64,000 nucleotides of DNA. Origin: Candidatus Hermodarchaeota archaeon (lineage in GTDB: Archaea > Asgardarchaeota > Hermodarchaeia > Hermodarchaeales > Hermodarchaeaceae). This document shows, piece by piece, positions 59,456 to 64,000 of the stretch (its first letter is position 1; the number at the start of each line of letters is the position of its first letter). The notes beneath the pieces are model-generated. The model was not told where the DNA came from and searched no databases. It worked only from the letters and a program-made list of their open reading frames with translations. The position numbers were made by a program, and so were the translations under genes. The stretch spans positions 1 to 64,000 of the forward strand of contig JAEOTO010000008.1 in NCBI GenBank assembly GCA_016839805.1, written 5' to 3'.

Positions 59456-60847
59456 ATGAAATATGATAAAATTAAGGATACATTACTATCGGAAGTGGAT
59501 AGTGGACTCAAATTTGCGCAGTCTCTAGATAATGCAGCGGAGTTTGAGCTATTTCTTTATTATCGGAGTAATTCAAACGTCGAGATTCGACAGGGCGTAG
59601 TCAAGGCTACAGATGGAATTGTAGCAGGGAACGCTATTCGTGCTGCGAAAGACCAGAGAGTAAGCTTCTCTTCATCGAGTGGAATTACTCCTGATCGCAT
59701 CAAAAGGAGTGTGCGAGAAGCCATTGCTAGCCTCAAAGCTACTTCAGAAAAAGATACCCGTTTTCAAGGATTCTGTGAACCTAAACCACCCGGAAAAGAA
59801 GGGAAATTTGCTTCTAAGATTCTTGAGTTAACTACTGATGATTTAGTGAAATTCACGTTACAAATCATTGGTGATATGAGCACCGTGAATGGTCGCATCC
59901 TTGCGGCAGCTGATTCAAATATTAGCTGGGGGGGATTTGCCATTGGTAACACTCGAGGTCTTCAAGAGGTATCATGTTCTGTATATAATGCCGGTAGTGC
60001 ATATGCGATGGCAATTGATGGTGAAGAACGCCGAACGGCTTGGGAGGCATTAGTTACGAGAGAAAAGCCCCTGGATGTAACAGGATTAGGTGAAAAAGCA
60101 GCAACCAAAGCAAGGAGTTTACTTGGAGCTAAGAAGCTAAACCAAACCACTGTGTTACCAACTCTTTGGGTGCCAGAGGCTGCAGCTAGTTACGTTCTAT
60201 CAAGTCTGCAACAGTCAGCGAAGGGAAACAATGTTGTTGAAGGATTATCTCCAATAGCAGAGAAACTTGGAGAAAAAATTGCCGGATCCAGTTTCACTTT
60301 AGTTGATGATGGACAAAATCCGCTGGGTATCGAGACAGAAGCCATTGACGCAGAGGGATACCCACAGAAGCGAACTACCATCATTAAACAGGGAGTTCTC
60401 AAGCAGTTTCTATTCGATTCATATTATGGTCAGATTGCTGAAAAACCTCTAACAGGAAATAGTTCCCGAGCAGGAGGACCATTTGGTTCTAGCTTGTGTT
60501 ATGAATACACTCCAACAATTATTGGAAAGAATTTGGAGGTCTCCCCAGGAACGAAGACAGAAGATGAACTTATCGCATCAATTGATGGACAGGCACTTCT
60601 CATTGTTGATGTGCCAATAGGTATTTTTCATAGCGATGTAGCCACAGGTGAATTCTCGGCTGTAGCAAGTTCAGTTTTTCTTATTGAAAATGGCGAGAAA
60701 AAAATGCCGCTAGAGCCAATATCAGTTGCAGGAAGTTTCTACAAAGGTCTAGAGCAATTACAAGGAATTGGAAACAACGCGGTTATGACTTCACTCCTCG
60801 TAAAAACACCCAGTCTCCTCATAGATGGCTTCTCAGTTACCGGCTAA
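59456..60847 (+). CDS. TldE/PmbA family protein
   Basis: DAEG, GVLKQFLFD, TGNS.R, TGEFS, TPSL; lacks HExxH; follows tldD. Confidence 0.9.
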   Translation: MKYDKIKDTLLSEVDSGLKFAQSLDNAAEFELFLYYRSNSNVEIRQGVVKATDGIVAGNAIRAAKDQRVSFSSSSGITPDRIKRSVREAIASLKATSEKDTRFQGFCEPKPPGKEGKFASKILELTTDDLVKFTLQIIGDMSTVNGRILAAADSNISWGGFAIGNTRGLQEVSCSVYNAGSAYAMAIDGEERRTAWEALVTREKPLDVTGLGEKAATKARSLLGAKKLNQTTVLPTLWVPEAAASYVLSSLQQSAKGNNVVEGLSPIAEKLGEKIAGSSFTLVDDGQNPLGIETEAIDAEGYPQKRTTIIKQGVLKQFLFDSYYGQIAEKPLTGNSSRAGGPFGSSLCYEYTPTIIGKNLEVSPGTKTEDELIASIDGQALLIVDVPIGIFHSDVATGEFSAVASSVFLIENGEKKMPLEPISVAGSFYKGLEQLQGIGNNAVMTSLLVKTPSLLIDGFSVTG

Positions 60848-60954
60848 ATTCTCCGATTCCATTAAAACTCCTCCTGTCACCGGATGAACCGATTGGAAAC
60901 CATAATTTTTATCGAAGTAGAAGTACTCGGTTCACCTAGAGGAGTTATATCCCG

Positions 60955-62010
60955 ATGCCCTTATCGCTTGGTCAAATTGTTTCAGAGGTTAAAGATTATT
61001 GGGGATTACGACGAAAACAGCCCATTGGGAAATTAGTAAAAATTCTACGGAAAGAGGGGTTCAAATGTCCTCACGTTTTATCCTCAATTGGTGAAGATTC
61101 CGCTGCGATAGACCTCGGTGGAGACCGCTTAATTCTGCTTTCCACCGATGCTGTGATACCAGAACTTGCGAAATCTCATCCGTATATTGCTGGCTACGCA
61201 GCGATCTTAGTAAATGTCAATGACATCTATGCCGCAGGGGGTCGTCCAATCGTCGCCATGGTTAACATTGCCTTTACAAAAATTAATGATGGCGTTGAAA
61301 TCATGGAGGGTATATGTGAAGCAGGTCGAAAATTTCATGTTGAAGTAGTCCGCGGGCACACCACCCCTAACGCTCCGGTTAATGGTGTAAGTGCGTCTAT
61401 ATGCGGAACCGTTCCTCGTGATGCTTACATTAGTGCAGGTGGGGCTAAGCTCGCAGATCGCCTAATCTTAGCATTAGATTTGGAGGGACGAGTCTCACCT
61501 AATTATGAGTATGGTTGGGATACAACAGCTCTCAAAACCTCTGATGCCATTCTTCAACGCTATGAATCGATGCGTCTCCTTGCCGAAAAACGACTTCTTC
61601 ATGCATCCAAGGATTTGAGTAATGGTGGGATTATTGGCACCACTCTTCTTATGTTAGAATATGCACAAAAGGGAGCAATAATCGATTTAGCATCAATTGC
61701 TACTCCAGTTGATTTGGATTTGGCGACATGGTTGAAGATGTATATTTCTACGGGGTTTATCGTTACAACACCAAAAGGTAACGTCGAAGAAGTTGTGGGA
61801 ATCTTCGAGGATCATAGTCTTAGCGCAACGGATATTGGAGAGATCAATGAGAGTAAAAAAATGGTCGTTGAACTGGGTGAAGAATCCACTACAATTTTTG
61901 ATTTCGAAAAAGAGTCAATCGTTGCACCTCCACCACCTCCTCAACTGGACCGTCTGACGACACAAAAACTAAAGCGACAAAAAAGAAAAAGTGACCCTAA
62001 CAATAAATAA
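60955..62010 (+). CDS. AIR synthase-related (PurM/ThiL fold) protein, methanogenesis-marker-2/sll0787-like
   Basis: GEDSAAI, LVNVNDIYAAGGRP, GHT.P, KDLSNGGIIGT. Confidence 0.85.
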   Translation: MPLSLGQIVSEVKDYWGLRRKQPIGKLVKILRKEGFKCPHVLSSIGEDSAAIDLGGDRLILLSTDAVIPELAKSHPYIAGYAAILVNVNDIYAAGGRPIVAMVNIAFTKINDGVEIMEGICEAGRKFHVEVVRGHTTPNAPVNGVSASICGTVPRDAYISAGGAKLADRLILALDLEGRVSPNYEYGWDTTALKTSDAILQRYESMRLLAEKRLLHASKDLSNGGIIGTTLLMLEYAQKGAIIDLASIATPVDLDLATWLKMYISTGFIVTTPKGNVEEVVGIFEDHSLSATDIGEINESKKMVVELGEESTTIFDFEKESIVAPPPPPQLDRLTTQKLKRQKRKSDPNNK

Positions 62011-62056
62011 TAGAAACAGTAATCACTGTACATATGGACAGCGAATGGTGAGAACA

Positions 62057-62656
62057 ATGGCTGCTAAAGAAAATGAGCGAGATTACCCAGCTGAAGCATC
62101 TAAAGCTGTAAAGAAAGTTCAGACAATCGTTAAACAGATGAACAAAGAACTTGTAGAACAGCGGAGCCTTAGGGCTACGGCTGAAGCTCGTGTTGAAGAA
62201 CTTATGAAAGAAATTCAACTTCAGGCTTCAAAAGGTGAACGCTTAGAACGGACTATTAGTGAATTAAGAGAAACCGCGAACCAAAGCTCTGAATTGATAA
62301 CGAAAAATCGTGCTCTTCAGGCAGAAGTTGATGCTATTCAAACCCAGCTAGAAAAAATGTCAAAAACGTATAAAGAACTAGTTTCTGAAACAGAAGCTTC
62401 AATTCCCGTTCAAGAGCTTCTTGCCTTATACATTGCTCTACTTGAAGACGTCTTCTACGCCCAGCCCCACGCCAAGACTCTGTTCCTTCTACATGGAAGA
62501 AAGAAGGAGATGAGCCGTGATGAAATAACAAAGACAGCAGGCCATGAAGCAACAGCTATTAGAAAGGCACTTGGTGATCTCTCGCGGGCAGAACTAATCG
62601 ATTATGATGTGGAAACAGGAAGGGCTAGCCTAAAGAAACGCTTGTATCCAACTTAA
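62057..62656 (+). CDS. Coiled-coil protein with C-terminal winged helix-turn-helix
   Basis: ~110-aa heptad-rich region then MSRDEITKTAG...IRKALGDLSRAELIDYD; GGTGA upstream of ATG 62057. Confidence 0.8.
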   Translation: MAAKENERDYPAEASKAVKKVQTIVKQMNKELVEQRSLRATAEARVEELMKEIQLQASKGERLERTISELRETANQSSELITKNRALQAEVDAIQTQLEKMSKTYKELVSETEASIPVQELLALYIALLEDVFYAQPHAKTLFLLHGRKKEMSRDEITKTAGHEATAIRKALGDLSRAELIDYDVETGRASLKKRLYPT

Positions 62657-63663
62657 ACCTTCATATCCGCGAGAAGCTGATTGAAACGCGGTAAACTGTG
62701 TAGACTAGCCGCAAGGGAGCAGATATACCGACTGAGCTCTAGATTTATTATGCGCTCCACATCAGAAAGGGTTTTACTTTCAGTAGCACGATCTACGAGT
62801 TCTCTAGCACTGCGATAAATGACCCCCACGACACGCTTCTCTATATCAGGAGGCCCCCAATCAAAGCCGCCAAGGTTTCGTTTTGCCTCGTTGAGGCTGG
62901 GTTTCAATGAATTGTTTTTCAATGCATTAGCTAACTGTTCGTAGAATTCGGTTGCAACACTAACGATTTTGTTGCGTTCACGACTAGTCAAATCTGTTCC
63001 TATAGAACCTTTCCTGGCCAACTCTTGAAGGAGCCCCGCACAGGGTGCTTCAGCAAGAAATCGTCGGATAAGATCATAGAATAGCTGGCTTGCAATCCGA
63101 GAAACCTCTGTAATTACCTCACGGGGTTCACTATATCGGAAAAGCTCACGACAACTTTCAAACCAAAAATTTGGTAAGAGAATATGACTCCGGCTTGAAT
63201 ATTTATCTATTAATTGCTGAAGTGGGGGAAGGAGTTTTTCAGGATCATGAATTGAAAGCCGGCGCTGGAATGGTTTTCCGGTAAGACCAGCAAGATCCTG
63301 GGTTGCTTCCATAACTAATTGTTGAGCCGTAGCAATAGGTTCTTTTACTTTCTCTTTTGAAACTTTAACTTCTCGGGATTCAGCTAACGAATCTAAAGCT
63401 TGCTCAATTCGACCGAGGTGAGTTAAAATGACATTAATGGTGTCATCAACGAAGGAGGAGCCCGATATTGCAGTATTGTTCTTTGATTCAGCAAGAGTTT
63501 GCTTTACTGAATCGCGAACAGCTCGAACGCCATTAGAAAGTTGATTAATCTGTTGAGGGCTTAGGTCCCCTTCCGCTTCAATTGTGATCAGCGCATGAAT
63601 TAATGTGGAATTCACTGTTGTGAGGATTAGGATACGTTCCAGCAATTCTTCTGCTGTTATCAT
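62653..63663 (-). CDS. Hypothetical all-alpha protein
   Basis: 336-aa ORF, GGAGG RBS, amphipathic helical pattern. Confidence 0.8.
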   Translation of the reverse strand: MITAEELLERILILTTVNSTLIHALITIEAEGDLSPQQINQLSNGVRAVRDSVKQTLAESKNNTAISGSSFVDDTINVILTHLGRIEQALDSLAESREVKVSKEKVKEPIATAQQLVMEATQDLAGLTGKPFQRRLSIHDPEKLLPPLQQLIDKYSSRSHILLPNFWFESCRELFRYSEPREVITEVSRIASQLFYDLIRRFLAEAPCAGLLQELARKGSIGTDLTSRERNKIVSVATEFYEQLANALKNNSLKPSLNEAKRNLGGFDWGPPDIEKRVVGVIYRSARELVDRATESKTLSDVERIINLELSRYICSLAASLHSLPRFNQLLADMKV

Positions 63664-63689
63664 CCTTTTTCCTCCCCTTTAACACAAAG

Positions 63690-64000
63690 CTATTTCAGTT
63701 CAAGATTGAAAAGTTCGGCAACATCTCGTATGGCTGCACGGAGAACTTCTTCGGTGACGCCCTTGGATTTCTTAAACCATCCTCTACGGAGTGGCGATGG
63801 GCCAGCATGTAGGTCAACAAGTTCTGTTGCAGAGTTGACAAGATCTGCAATTTCAGGGATTTGTGGAAGTCCTAAGAGAAGAAGAAGGTCTGTTGGATGA
63901 ACTTCCTCCTCATAGGAGATAAAACAGGGTGTAACTGCGGCTCCCTTGGCTGTGTAGGGACGGAGTGCGCTTTTGATATGAGGATCATATTCAGCTCGTG
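63690..64000 (-). CDS. Partial CDS (C-terminal 102 aa); possibly tubulin/FtsZ superfamily
   Basis: Open frame RAEYDPHIKSALRPYTAKGAAVTPCFISYEEEVHPTDLLLLLGLPQIPEIADLVNSATELVDLHAGPSPLRRGWFKKSKGVTEEVLRAAIRDVAELFNLELK*; coding status likely, family tentative. Confidence 0.6.
   Translation of the reverse strand, partial: RAEYDPHIKSALRPYTAKGAAVTPCFISYEEEVHPTDLLLLLGLPQIPEIADLVNSATELVDLHAGPSPLRRGWFKKSKGVTEEVLRAAIRDVAELFNLELK

Noticed and set aside
49750-60847. RiPP biosynthetic cluster (SPASM + ABC exporter + TldD/E)
   Set aside because: The rSAM gene is a broken remnant, no precursor peptide or YcaO is visible, and TldD/E are common housekeeping genes
60955-62010. Selenophosphate synthetase SelD
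   Set aside because: Lacks the N-terminal Cys/Sec-x-x-Lys motif; fits the marker-2/sll0787 branch better
1-64000. CRISPR arrays, rRNA, transposases, long tandem DNA repeats
   Set aside because: None seen; the only periodicity noticed is protein-level (LRR, hexapeptide repeats)

Overview
Gene-dense archaeal chromosome segment, about 42-45% GC by eye. Archaeal markers include proteasome alpha, bifunctional FBP aldolase/phosphatase, archaemetzincin, porGDAB, an F420-type LLM enzyme and TATA-box promoters. Two LRR proteins, a p24/GOLD-like type I membrane protein and very large FtsX-type permeases suggest an Asgard archaeon (inference; Thor/Hermod-like style, not provable here). Most of the content is amino-acid, peptide and sugar catabolism: GH3 glucosidase and fucose-isomerase-like enzyme, hydroxylysine kinase/phospho-lyase fusion, split LKR + SDH saccharopine pair, 2-oxoacid:ferredoxin oxidoreductase, COG2403 arginine-synthetase-like enzyme, 2-hydroxyacyl-CoA dehydratase + activator and TldD/E. 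Also present are argS with a divergent tRNA-Arg(UCG) and ABC systems. Hand translation adds features missed or split by the ORF track: a partial LRR gene at the left edge, a DinB pseudogene, CDF and SPASM remnants, and a partial gene at the right edge whose C-terminus resembles tubulin helices H11-H12. No CRISPR array, rRNA or intact mobile element was seen. Best leads are the tubulin-like gene with its co-oriented helical partner (62653-64000), the p24/GOLD-like protein (6464-7006), the split pair of giant paralogous MacB/FtsX permeases (46543-56758) and the eukaryote-like lysine/hydroxylysine catabolic genes. All family calls come from motif recognition, not database searches.
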